From: Acidimicrobiia bacterium
GTDB taxonomy: Bacteria > Actinomycetota > Acidimicrobiia > Spongiisociales > ZC4RG35
Assembly (NCBI GenBank): GCA_965203555.1
Contig: CBDBCY010000004.1
Location: 2,016,001-2,080,000, forward strand
DNA length: 64,000 nucleotides
Direction of reading: 5' to 3'
Shown in pieces: positions 48,874 to 57,069 of this stretch. The first letter of the stretch is position 1. Every line of letters starts with the position of its first letter. The position numbers and the translations under genes are program-made. The notes beneath the pieces are model-generated. The model saw only the letters and a list, made by a program, of their open reading frames with translations. It did no database searches and was not told the DNA's origin.

Positions 48874-50274
48874 ATGAGATTAAGCAAGGAAATGGAGATA
48901 ATCCGGCGGGCGAAGCAGGCCGGAATGTCCCGACGAGAGTTCATCCGGTTGGGCGGCACCGCGGCTGCCGCCGCGGCCTTCCTGGCGGCGTGTGGCGACG
49001 ACACCGTCGAAACCACGGCCGCTGCCACCACGACGGCTGCCCCCGCCACCACGGCGGCGCCGGCCACTACCGCCGCGCCAACCACCACGGCGGCGCCCGA
49101 CGCCGACGAGGTCGGCGGCGAGATCACCCTTTGGGCATGGGGCGCCGGCTTCGAAGGAGAGGTAATTCAACAGCGCATCGACTACTTCAACAGCAAGTAT
49201 CCGAATGTGCAGGTCAACTGGGAGCCGCTGGCTGCCAACGGTTACGAGGAGTACCCACAACTTCTGGCCCGGTTTGCCGCTGGAAATGCGCCGGATGTCA
49301 TGAGGATGCTCAACTTCCAGTTGACGCAGCTCACCGCTGAGGGTGAGGCGCTTCTCCAAGTGGACGACTACATCGCAAGGGACGCCGAAGAGTTGAATAT
49401 GGGCGACTTTATCCCCACCACTGTTGAAGGCGCCAAGGTCGACGGAAAGATGTACGGACTGCCCGATAACACTGAGCCGTATGTCATTTACTACAACCGG
49501 GACGCCTTTAACGCGGCAGGACTGGAAGATCCGCAGGTGCTCTTCCAAAACGGCGAGTGGAACGAGGAAGCGTTCACAAATTCCATCGATACGCTGGTGG
49601 ACAACGGGATGCGCTTCGGGGTGTCCTTCGAGTCTTGGAACTACGATACGTTCTGCTTCATGGGTGGAGGGACGATTCTCAACGAGAACCTGGAACCCAC
49701 CATCCATCAGGGCGCCAGTCCCCAGATGCTCGGCTATTTCGCCAAGCTCATCGAAGACGGCAAGTCTCCCAATCCCGTGGTGGCTGGAGGAGCTCACTTG
49801 GAGGCCTTCCGCAACCAGCAGACCGGCATGTACCTCATGGGTCCGTGGTGGTACGGAGCCCTGGCGGGCACCCTGGATTTCGACTACGACGTGACCGCCC
49901 TCCCGAGTTTCAACGGAGTGCGGGCCGGGAAACTCGAGTTGGGAACCATCTCGATTTCCTCCCAGTCGAAGAATCCCGAAGCTGCATGGGCTTTCACCAA
50001 GACCATCACCGATACCAGAGGACTGGAGATATGGAGCCAGGTTGCCACGCCGACTCGTCGGAGCGCCTTGGAGGCCGCCGGTTTCAACGACGTGCAGTGG
50101 AAGAAGGACGCGGTCGCCATGGTAGAGGCCGGGACGTGGACGCCGTTCACCACGCAGGGCTTCGCGGTCGACACCGCATGCGCCGCCGCATTGGACCTGT
50201 TGTGGGCCGGTGAAGCCACCGCCGAGGAAGCGACCCAGGATGCGGCGAACAGAATCACGGAAGCACTGGCGTAA
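48874..50274 (+). CDS. CUT1 sugar ABC substrate-binding lipoprotein with Tat signal
   Basis: SRREFIR twin-arginine motif, FLAAC lipobox, GKMYGLP, YYNRDAF, SKNPEAAWAF. Confidence 0.9.
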   Translation: MRLSKEMEIIRRAKQAGMSRREFIRLGGTAAAAAAFLAACGDDTVETTAAATTTAAPATTAAPATTAAPTTTAAPDADEVGGEITLWAWGAGFEGEVIQQRIDYFNSKYPNVQVNWEPLAANGYEEYPQLLARFAAGNAPDVMRMLNFQLTQLTAEGEALLQVDDYIARDAEELNMGDFIPTTVEGAKVDGKMYGLPDNTEPYVIYYNRDAFNAAGLEDPQVLFQNGEWNEEAFTNSIDTLVDNGMRFGVSFESWNYDTFCFMGGGTILNENLEPTIHQGASPQMLGYFAKLIEDGKSPNPVVAGGAHLEAFRNQQTGMYLMGPWWYGALAGTLDFDYDVTALPSFNGVRAGKLELGTISISSQSKNPEAAWAFTKTITDTRGLEIWSQVATPTRRSALEAAGFNDVQWKKDAVAMVEAGTWTPFTTQGFAVDTACAAALDLLWAGEATAEEATQDAANRITEALA

Positions 50275-50283
50275 CTAGCCTGG

Positions 50284-51252
50284 GTGACGACCATCACCAA
50301 CCTAAAAACTGTCAGAGCGAATGCGGGGGACCCGCTGGTCGAGTCTCCCGCATTCAAGAAGCCAAGGGTGCGATGGAGGCGTAAAAGCACCCTGATTGCG
50401 TATGCCTTTCTGGCGCCATGGATCGTTGGTCTGGCAGTGTTTTACCTGGGGCCGGTGGCAACCTCGGCCGTTCTGTCGTTTACCGATTACAACATCATCT
50501 CGCCGGCGGAGTTCACCGGCTTCGACAACTACGAGAAGATGATCACCGATGGGGAATTCGTGCAAGCCCTGAAAGTGACCCTCTATTACACGGCCTTCTT
50601 CTTGTTGATGTACGTTGTCCTCTCGCTGTTCGTGGCCATTCTGGCCAACCGGCCGGGACGGGGAACCGCCCTGTTCCGGTTGATCGTCTTCCTTCCGTCT
50701 CTGATCCCGTTGTTCGCGGCCGCCGTCCTGTGGGGGTGGATATTCAACACCGACTTCGGGCTGATCAACTACCTGTTGGAGCAGGTGGGCCTCCCCCGGC
50801 AGGGGTTTTTCCAGGATCCCCAGCAGGCATTGCCCCTGGTGGGAATGCTGACCTTCTGGTCGATCGGATCGGCCTTTCTGGTCTATCTATCAGGGTTGCA
50901 GTCGATCCCTGTACACCTCTATGAGGCGATCACTGTCGACGGGGCGTCAGGCATCCGTCGGTTCTGGCACATCACCCTCCCGATGCTCAGCCCGGTCATC
51001 TTGTTCAATCTCATCATCGGAATCGTGCTTTCGTTCCAGGTTTTCGACATCGCCTGGGTCCTGACTGACGGCGGCCCGGCCAATCGCACGCTCTTTTGGG
51101 TGCTGTTGATTTTCCGCCGGGCCTTCCAAGACTTCCAAATGGGATATGCGTCGGCGCTGTCGTGGGTCCTGTTCATCGTCGTCGCGGGCGTGACCGGACT
51201 GATCTTTCGCACGTCCCGGTGGTGGGTCCACTACGAGGGAAGGGCCCAGTGA
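50284..51252 (+). CDS. CUT1 ABC permease (MalF/UgpA-like)
   Basis: Motifs YAFLAPW, GLQSIPVHLYEA..DGA, FQMGYASA. Confidence 0.92.
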   Translation: MTTITNLKTVRANAGDPLVESPAFKKPRVRWRRKSTLIAYAFLAPWIVGLAVFYLGPVATSAVLSFTDYNIISPAEFTGFDNYEKMITDGEFVQALKVTLYYTAFFLLMYVVLSLFVAILANRPGRGTALFRLIVFLPSLIPLFAAAVLWGWIFNTDFGLINYLLEQVGLPRQGFFQDPQQALPLVGMLTFWSIGSAFLVYLSGLQSIPVHLYEAITVDGASGIRRFWHITLPMLSPVILFNLIIGIVLSFQVFDIAWVLTDGGPANRTLFWVLLIFRRAFQDFQMGYASALSWVLFIVVAGVTGLIFRTSRWWVHYEGRAQ

Positions 51253-52142
51253 CTGCCTCTGGAACGGCGCTTCGTCCGGTTCCCACCGGGAACCTGGCTC
51301 AACGTTTGCAGCGGCGGCGCAAGGCCCTGTGGTACCTGAGCATGGTGTTCATAGGTTTGGTCATGATCCTTCCCGTCTACTACATGATCTACCTGGCCTT
51401 CTCCGAACTCGGGAAGGAGTTCGTCTTCCCGCCCGGGTTCTTGCCGGACCCGATCAAATTCGAGAACGTGCTCAAGGCGCCGGAGGGTACGGCAACCCCT
51501 CTCTGGGGATACGCAAAGAACAGCCTCCTGTACGCGGGGCTGGGCACCCTGGGAGCGTTGGTTGCGGAGTCGATGGCAGGCTTTGCCCTGGCCCGGATGC
51601 GCTTTCCGGGCCGTAACGTCATTTTCGCCCTCACGGTGGGCATGCTGATCATGCCTTTCGTCGCCACCATCATCCCCAAGTTCCTGCTGTTCAGCAGAGT
51701 CGGGTTGGTGGACACCTACTGGGCACTGATCCTGCCCTGGTGGTTCGGAGGGTCGCCGTACGGGATATTCCTGATGCGCCAGTTCTTCCTGACCATTCCA
51801 CGGGAATTCGATGAAGCCGCACTGATCGACGGCGCCGGGCCGTGGAGAACCATGTGGCTGGTGCTCATGCCCCAGGCGGTTCCGGTGCTGGTGGCCCTGG
51901 GCATGCTGCACTTCGCCTACTTCTGGAATGACCTGCTGGGGCCACTGGTGTTCTGCCAGACACGGGCCTGCAAGACCCTGCCCCAGGGCATCCTGGCCAA
52001 CTACCAGGCGACCTGGGATCCGCAGTGGGCGATGTTCATGATGTCCACGGTGCTGATGGTGCTGCCGGTGGCGGTGGTGTTCATCCTGGCTCAACGGCGG
52101 TTCAAGCAGGGATTCTTGTTCTCGGGACTGGGGGGACGGTGA
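51249..52142 (+). CDS. CUT1 ABC permease (MalG/UgpE-like)
   Basis: Motifs FLMRQFFLTIPREFDEAALIDGA and WNDLLGPL. Confidence 0.92.
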   Translation: MTASGTALRPVPTGNLAQRLQRRRKALWYLSMVFIGLVMILPVYYMIYLAFSELGKEFVFPPGFLPDPIKFENVLKAPEGTATPLWGYAKNSLLYAGLGTLGALVAESMAGFALARMRFPGRNVIFALTVGMLIMPFVATIIPKFLLFSRVGLVDTYWALILPWWFGGSPYGIFLMRQFFLTIPREFDEAALIDGAGPWRTMWLVLMPQAVPVLVALGMLHFAYFWNDLLGPLVFCQTRACKTLPQGILANYQATWDPQWAMFMMSTVLMVLPVAVVFILAQRRFKQGFLFSGLGGR

Positions 52143-52867
52143 TGCCGCTGCACCTCGGCGCCGTGCTCATTGCCCGGGCTTGGCCGCAACGGCACGCGCT
52201 CGAGGAGTTCGATCGGTGGCAGCAGACCAAGCATCTGGTCGACCTTGTGGCATTGCCGGGTGTCCGCCGGGTCAGCTACTACGCCACCCGGACGGCCGGC
52301 GTCCCCCAGGCCTGGCAGGGGAGCGGCAACCGGATGGCGGCTTACTGGGGCGAGGATCTGGAGGGGCTCAACCGTTGGATGTCCGATCCGGGCCTGGCGG
52401 AGGCCATCGAAGACGGCAGCCAATTCTTCGATTCGTTCAACGAGTTGGACGACAGCACCTACACGGGGAACGTCTACCAACTCGGACCCAGATGGCCGGG
52501 AGATCCGGAGCCATCGTTGCAGGGGTGTCTTCTAATGCAACGATTCGAAGTGACCGATCACGAGAAAGAAGAATTCGACGATTGGATCATCCGCAAGCAC
52601 CTGCCGGCCCTGCGCAGCATCCCGGGATGGCGGTGGGTCCAATGGGGCAAGGCGGTGAGGGGTCTTCCCGTGCAGTACTACAACTCCCCGGGCAATCGGG
52701 TGGTGCTGGCGGAATTGGATCACCCGACGGCGCCTGATCTGACTTCCGGACCTGTAGACCGCGTCTTGGCCGATTCGCTCAGGTGGGATCGCCGCCTCAA
52801 CTACATCCGCCGAGAGGTTGACGAGCGGGTCGCTTCTTTCGACAAACCTGTGGGGGCATCCGCATGA
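52142..52867 (+). CDS. Uncharacterised EthD/DUF4286-like double-barrel protein (paralogue B)
   Basis: EEFDRWQQTKHL and EEFDDWIIRKHL repeats, each followed by GNR; C-terminal DSLRWD..L.YI.RE shared with paralogue A. Translationally coupled on both sides. Confidence 0.7.
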   Translation: MPLHLGAVLIARAWPQRHALEEFDRWQQTKHLVDLVALPGVRRVSYYATRTAGVPQAWQGSGNRMAAYWGEDLEGLNRWMSDPGLAEAIEDGSQFFDSFNELDDSTYTGNVYQLGPRWPGDPEPSLQGCLLMQRFEVTDHEKEEFDDWIIRKHLPALRSIPGWRWVQWGKAVRGLPVQYYNSPGNRVVLAELDHPTAPDLTSGPVDRVLADSLRWDRRLNYIRREVDERVASFDKPVGASA

Positions 52868-54081
52868 GTTTTGTAACCATGGAGAACGTTTGGAAGGTGT
52901 ACCTCGACGGTACGGTGGCGGTCGAGAGCCTCGATCTCAGCGTCGAAGAGGGCGAATTGATGGTGCTGGTAGGACCGTCGGGTTGTGGAAAGTCATCCAT
53001 TCTGAGGATGATCGCCGGCCTTGAGGAGATATCGGCGGGTTCGCTCTACATCGGAGGGGAACTGGTGAACGAGGTCTCTCCCGACAAGCGCAACATCGCC
53101 ATGGTCTTCCAGAACTACGCGCTCTATCCCCATATGACGGTGGCCGAGAACATGGGGTTCAGCCTGAGGCTCCAGCACGTGGCCAGGGCCATCCGGGACC
53201 GGGTGGTGGGTGAGACCGCCAACGTGCTGAGCTTGAGCGAATTGTTGAAACGGCAGCCGGCGCAACTGAGCGGAGGCCAACGGCAAAGAGTGGCGATGGG
53301 ACGCGCCATGGTGCGGGATCCGCGGGTCTTCCTCCTGGATGAGCCCCTCTCGAATCTCGACGCCAAGCTGCGCACGCAGATGCGAACGGAGGTGCGGGAA
53401 CTGCAGCGCCGTCTCGGTGCGACCATGATCTATGTAACCCACGACCAGGTCGAAGCCATGACCATGGCCGACCGGATCGCGGTGCTGCGGCGGGGTGTGC
53501 TGCAACAGGTGGGGACACCCCGAGAGCTCTACTGGGAGCCCGCCAACCTTTTCGTGGCGGACTTCATCGGCTCACCCGCCATGAATCTGCTCCAGGGCAC
53601 GCTGGAAGTTGACGGCGACCGAGTCAGCATTCTGTACGGCGAGGGATTGACATTCGAACTGCCCTCGCGGCTGCGGACCGGTCGGACGCGGTCCGATGCT
53701 CAGGGGAAGGAAGTAATCCTCGGTGTGCGGCCGGAGCACTTCGCCGTGGCCCACAACGGATCGGAACGGGGGATTCCCGTGAAGGTGCGGTTTTCCGAGG
53801 TACTGGGGTCGGAGACCCTGGTGCATGTCGATGTGCCCGCGCCAACCGTGGTGACCGAAGGGCTTCGCGAGATAGCCCAGGACATCGACGACACGGTGTT
53901 GAGTCAATTGGAGATGTCCAAGGAAAGCCGATTCGTCGTCAAGCTGAACGGAGACCGCCCGGTGGAATCGGGAGCGCAACTGCAGATCGTTCCCGACGAG
54001 GACTGCCGTCTTTACTTCTTCGATCCACAGTCGCCTGCAACGCCCGCCTGGTCGTTGAAACCCAAGGAGGATGATTTATGA
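52864..54081 (+). CDS. CUT1 ABC ATPase (MalK/MsmX family)
   Basis: Motifs GPSGCGKSS, FQNYALYPHM, LSGGQRQR, DEPLSNLDAKLR. Confidence 0.93.
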   Translation: MSFVTMENVWKVYLDGTVAVESLDLSVEEGELMVLVGPSGCGKSSILRMIAGLEEISAGSLYIGGELVNEVSPDKRNIAMVFQNYALYPHMTVAENMGFSLRLQHVARAIRDRVVGETANVLSLSELLKRQPAQLSGGQRQRVAMGRAMVRDPRVFLLDEPLSNLDAKLRTQMRTEVRELQRRLGATMIYVTHDQVEAMTMADRIAVLRRGVLQQVGTPRELYWEPANLFVADFIGSPAMNLLQGTLEVDGDRVSILYGEGLTFELPSRLRTGRTRSDAQGKEVILGVRPEHFAVAHNGSERGIPVKVRFSEVLGSETLVHVDVPAPTVVTEGLREIAQDIDDTVLSQLEMSKESRFVVKLNGDRPVESGAQLQIVPDEDCRLYFFDPQSPATPAWSLKPKEDDL

Positions 54082-55097
54082 GTGACTCGAAGCTCTCGAA
54101 GCTTGCTCTCGGCTGCTACCCGCTCGGCGGTGGGTATGGGAATCTGGAGTTGGAGACGGCACGAGCCACCGTGGATGCCGCCTTGGATGCCGGCTGGACG
54201 TTCTTCGACACGGCCGAGGGATATCTCGACTCCGAGGTGAGGCTGGGACAGTTCTTGGCAGGACGCCGTGATCAGGTGTTCCTGGCCACCAAGGTGTTTC
54301 CCAACGAGCCCTATACCTACGAAAACATGAGGGTCTCCTTGAACAACAGCTTGAGGAAACTGCGCACGGACCGGGTTGATCTTCTCCAGTTGCACGGTCC
54401 CCCGGACTGGGTGATCACCTTCGACGACGCGCCTTCAATGGCCGAGGTGGGAGAGTCCCTGGCTCGATTGGTAGAAAGCGGTGATGTCCTCAAAGTGGGG
54501 GTCTGCAACCTCCCCGTTTCTCTGATGGAGGAACTCTCCACCACTGTCCAACTCTTCTCCACCCAGAACCTGTGGTCGCTCTACGATCAGGTCGGCACGG
54601 ACGACGGGATCCACCTGCCGGTGGGTGAGTCCATCATTCCCTGGTGCCGCGACAACAGTGTGCATGTCTTTGCCTTCAGTCCGCTGGCTCGAGGTCTGTT
54701 GGCCGACGGATTGTCGCCCGACCGCACCTTTCCGACCCACGACGAGCGGTATTACCTGCCCCGCTTCCAGCCCGACGTCTACCCCGACTGGGCGCGCCTT
54801 TCCAATCGGCTGGAGGGATGGGCGCGGGACAACGGTCGCACCCTGGTGCAGTTGGCGGTGGCTTGGACCCTGGCCACTCCCGGAGTCACTTCCACCCTGA
54901 TCGGCGCGAAGACGCCGCGCCACATCGAGGCCATGGCCGGCGCCGATGAATGGGAGATGTCGGAGAGCGACCTGGCGGAAATCGACGACATCATCGCCAC
55001 GCTCCCACCCAGAGCGGCCGCAGCCCTATCCATCGTCTGGGACCACTTTCCCGAAAATGCGGTCCGGGCCATGGCCGATCGTCGACACGGGCGGTAG
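54078..55097 (+). CDS. Aldo/keto reductase
   Basis: Motifs FDTAEGY, LATKV, DLLQLH, FSPLARGLL. Confidence 0.9.
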   Translation: MSDSKLSKLALGCYPLGGGYGNLELETARATVDAALDAGWTFFDTAEGYLDSEVRLGQFLAGRRDQVFLATKVFPNEPYTYENMRVSLNNSLRKLRTDRVDLLQLHGPPDWVITFDDAPSMAEVGESLARLVESGDVLKVGVCNLPVSLMEELSTTVQLFSTQNLWSLYDQVGTDDGIHLPVGESIIPWCRDNSVHVFAFSPLARGLLADGLSPDRTFPTHDERYYLPRFQPDVYPDWARLSNRLEGWARDNGRTLVQLAVAWTLATPGVTSTLIGAKTPRHIEAMAGADEWEMSESDLAEIDDIIATLPPRAAAALSIVWDHFPENAVRAMADRRHGR

Positions 55098-55322
55098 CTG
55101 GAAACGCCACCCGTCACAGCCATGATCCGATAATTGTGTGTCAAGCGGATTGTCTATGTGACTCGGTATGGGGGATGTCTACCTTTGAGGGTGGCTCTCG
55201 CGTCAGCGAGGCCTTCTCCGTTACCCACCCTTTTCAGACTCGCGGCTGGACTCAAGCGTAACGTGTCATGCGGTGCGAGAGTGATAGTACTTCTGCGCAT
55301 TGCCTACTTGACCTGGCGTTTC

Positions 55323-55348
55323 AATCTACTCTAACATTGTTAGAGTAG
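55323..55348. repeat. AT-rich palindrome at the 3' end of the AlbA gene (left site)
   Basis: Perfect 11-1-11 palindrome CTACTCTAACA-T-TGTTAGAGTAG (55326-48). Confidence 0.85.
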
Positions 55349-55349
55349 G

Positions 55350-56852
55350 TTATAGCCCGGGTGTTTGAGGTTCGTGTTCCGTTAGTACCCAATATGCCTG
55401 TGGGTCCTGCCGTGAGCTTCCCACCCACTTGACCAACCCAGCGGTCTGCAAGGTTTTGATGTGACGTAGAACGGTGGGTCGGGAATGGAAGGTGGCGGCC
55501 ATGATCTCGCCCGTGGAGAGCCGGGTTGCTACCCGTAATAGCTGCAGCACTTGTCGAGCGGTCTGCGGCAGTGCTTCCTCCACACCCTTGACGGTGGTGC
55601 GGGCGAGCAAAGTAACGTGAACCGAGGATGATCTCTGTTCAAAAACGGGATCAACCAGGCCCTCCCTCCGCATCCGGTCGAACATGCGGCGTATTCCTTC
55701 TCCCAACTCTTGGCCGAACCGCATGTCTGCACATACGCGGGCTATATTGGGGTTCCGGGCGTACCGCATCACTTCACGAGGATCGGCGCTGTTGGCGAGA
55801 CCAGGAAAGCGCCCCGGGCTGTGCACTTCGATTCGGTTGTCGAATATCTCGAATCGAATGTGGTCTCCGGACATGCTGTATGAGCGGTGCACGACCGCAT
55901 TCACAAGCGCTTCGCTCCACACCTCGGTGGGGATGATCGGCACAGTCTCGAATCGGCCCCGGTGTCCGAAGGCTTCCCGGGAAGGCATGAGGCTCTTTAT
56001 GGAACGACGGGCCTCTTCGATCTGACCGAGCAGAGACCCGTCAACCTGCCGATCAGTCTCCAGTTGCTGTCCGCGGCCGACCCCACGGGCATTGCCCCGG
56101 TATCTCAAGATACGCACCCGAGCCTGGGGGAACCAGGCTTGGGGCGTGATTCCGAATAGCAACACTGCGGCGACTGTGATCTGTCCGGCCCGGTCCACGA
56201 GTCCTCTTGCGGTAAGAAGTCGCTCTCCATTCCCGGATCCCAATGCCGAAGCCCAGGATGTCATGGCGCCGGGGTCCAGGTCGGCCTGGGAGGCGTCAGG
56301 TATCGGCGTTGCTTCGTAAATGCTCTGTCCCTTGTCATGCAGCAATTCCCGCCGCTGATCGAACCGGAGCTTTCGGGTTTCGTCGCCCACTCGAAGAAAT
56401 ACCTCGTCGGCGACCGTGGCATGAACCACGTTCGACTTCCTGATCCGGAATACCAACAGATGATCTCTCTGCCCGGATTGGTTGACACATGCCAGCAGTT
56501 CGGTGGAAATGGGGACCACAGGTACGGTGAAGTCGATTGCGGCCTGCTGCCAGGATGAAAGCAGCCTCGGACCGGAGTGGTAAATTCCGACGACGCAGCT
56601 CCTTTCGACTCCTTCAGAGCGGTCTTTGCTAAGACCAACCACCACGATTCCCCCGTCAGCATTGGCGAACGCCACCAGAGTGTTGGCCAGATCTCTCGCG
56701 GCGACACGCGGGCCTTTGCGCTCGAACCATTGGCTTTCGGGAACCTGGCAAAGCAACGTGCCGCATCGAGATTCGTCGGCGATTAGTGCTTGTTCAGCGG
56801 CGGCGGTGGTCACTAGGTCGGTGATCTCTCTCAAGAAAGCCAGTCTGGACAA
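55350..56852 (-). CDS. AlbA_2 (Schlafen-like) + HATPase_c_4 + C-terminal HTH protein; start may be GTG 56813
   Basis: ESQWFERK, AFANADGG.VVVG, EALVNAVVHRSY, IEVHSPG, RNPNIA, ELGEGIRRM, C-terminal wHTH. Confidence 0.85.
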   Translation of the reverse strand: MSRLAFLREITDLVTTAAAEQALIADESRCGTLLCQVPESQWFERKGPRVAARDLANTLVAFANADGGIVVVGLSKDRSEGVERSCVVGIYHSGPRLLSSWQQAAIDFTVPVVPISTELLACVNQSGQRDHLLVFRIRKSNVVHATVADEVFLRVGDETRKLRFDQRRELLHDKGQSIYEATPIPDASQADLDPGAMTSWASALGSGNGERLLTARGLVDRAGQITVAAVLLFGITPQAWFPQARVRILRYRGNARGVGRGQQLETDRQVDGSLLGQIEEARRSIKSLMPSREAFGHRGRFETVPIIPTEVWSEALVNAVVHRSYSMSGDHIRFEIFDNRIEVHSPGRFPGLANSADPREVMRYARNPNIARVCADMRFGQELGEGIRRMFDRMRREGLVDPVFEQRSSSVHVTLLARTTVKGVEEALPQTARQVLQLLRVATRLSTGEIMAATFHSRPTVLRHIKTLQTAGLVKWVGSSRQDPQAYWVLTEHEPQTPGL

Positions 56853-56854
56853 CT

Positions 56855-56880
56855 ATACTATAAACTTTTTATAGTAGATT
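56855..56880. repeat. AT-rich palindrome at the 5' end of the AlbA gene (right site)
   Basis: 9-3-9 palindrome TACTATAAA-CTT-TTTATAGTA (56856-76), related in sequence to the 55323 site. Confidence 0.8.
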
Positions 56881-57069
56881 ACACCAACCCCGTCCTTATG
56901 TGATGGTGCCTCCCAAGCCTCTATTACCTCGACGGATGGCGCCCCACATGTTCGTAACAAGCGACATCGAAGGCTCTCCCAAGGCGCCATCAGCCCTGCG
57001 AGACGGTGAAACGGTTGCTCATCACTGAACCAACTCAGGTCGATTCAGCCAGTGGGGCCAGACCGCGCT

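Noticed and set aside
55124-55147. dif-like sequence GATCCGATAA-TTGTGTGTCAAGC
   Set aside because: It resembles actinobacterial XerC/XerD arms, but the 6-bp spacer plus TTATGTCAAG geometry is not met (about 4 nt short).
55326-55348. Integron attC site (TAAC...GTTAG)
   Set aside because: Only 3 nt separate the core-like boxes; attC needs a long imperfect hairpin. No integrase in the window.
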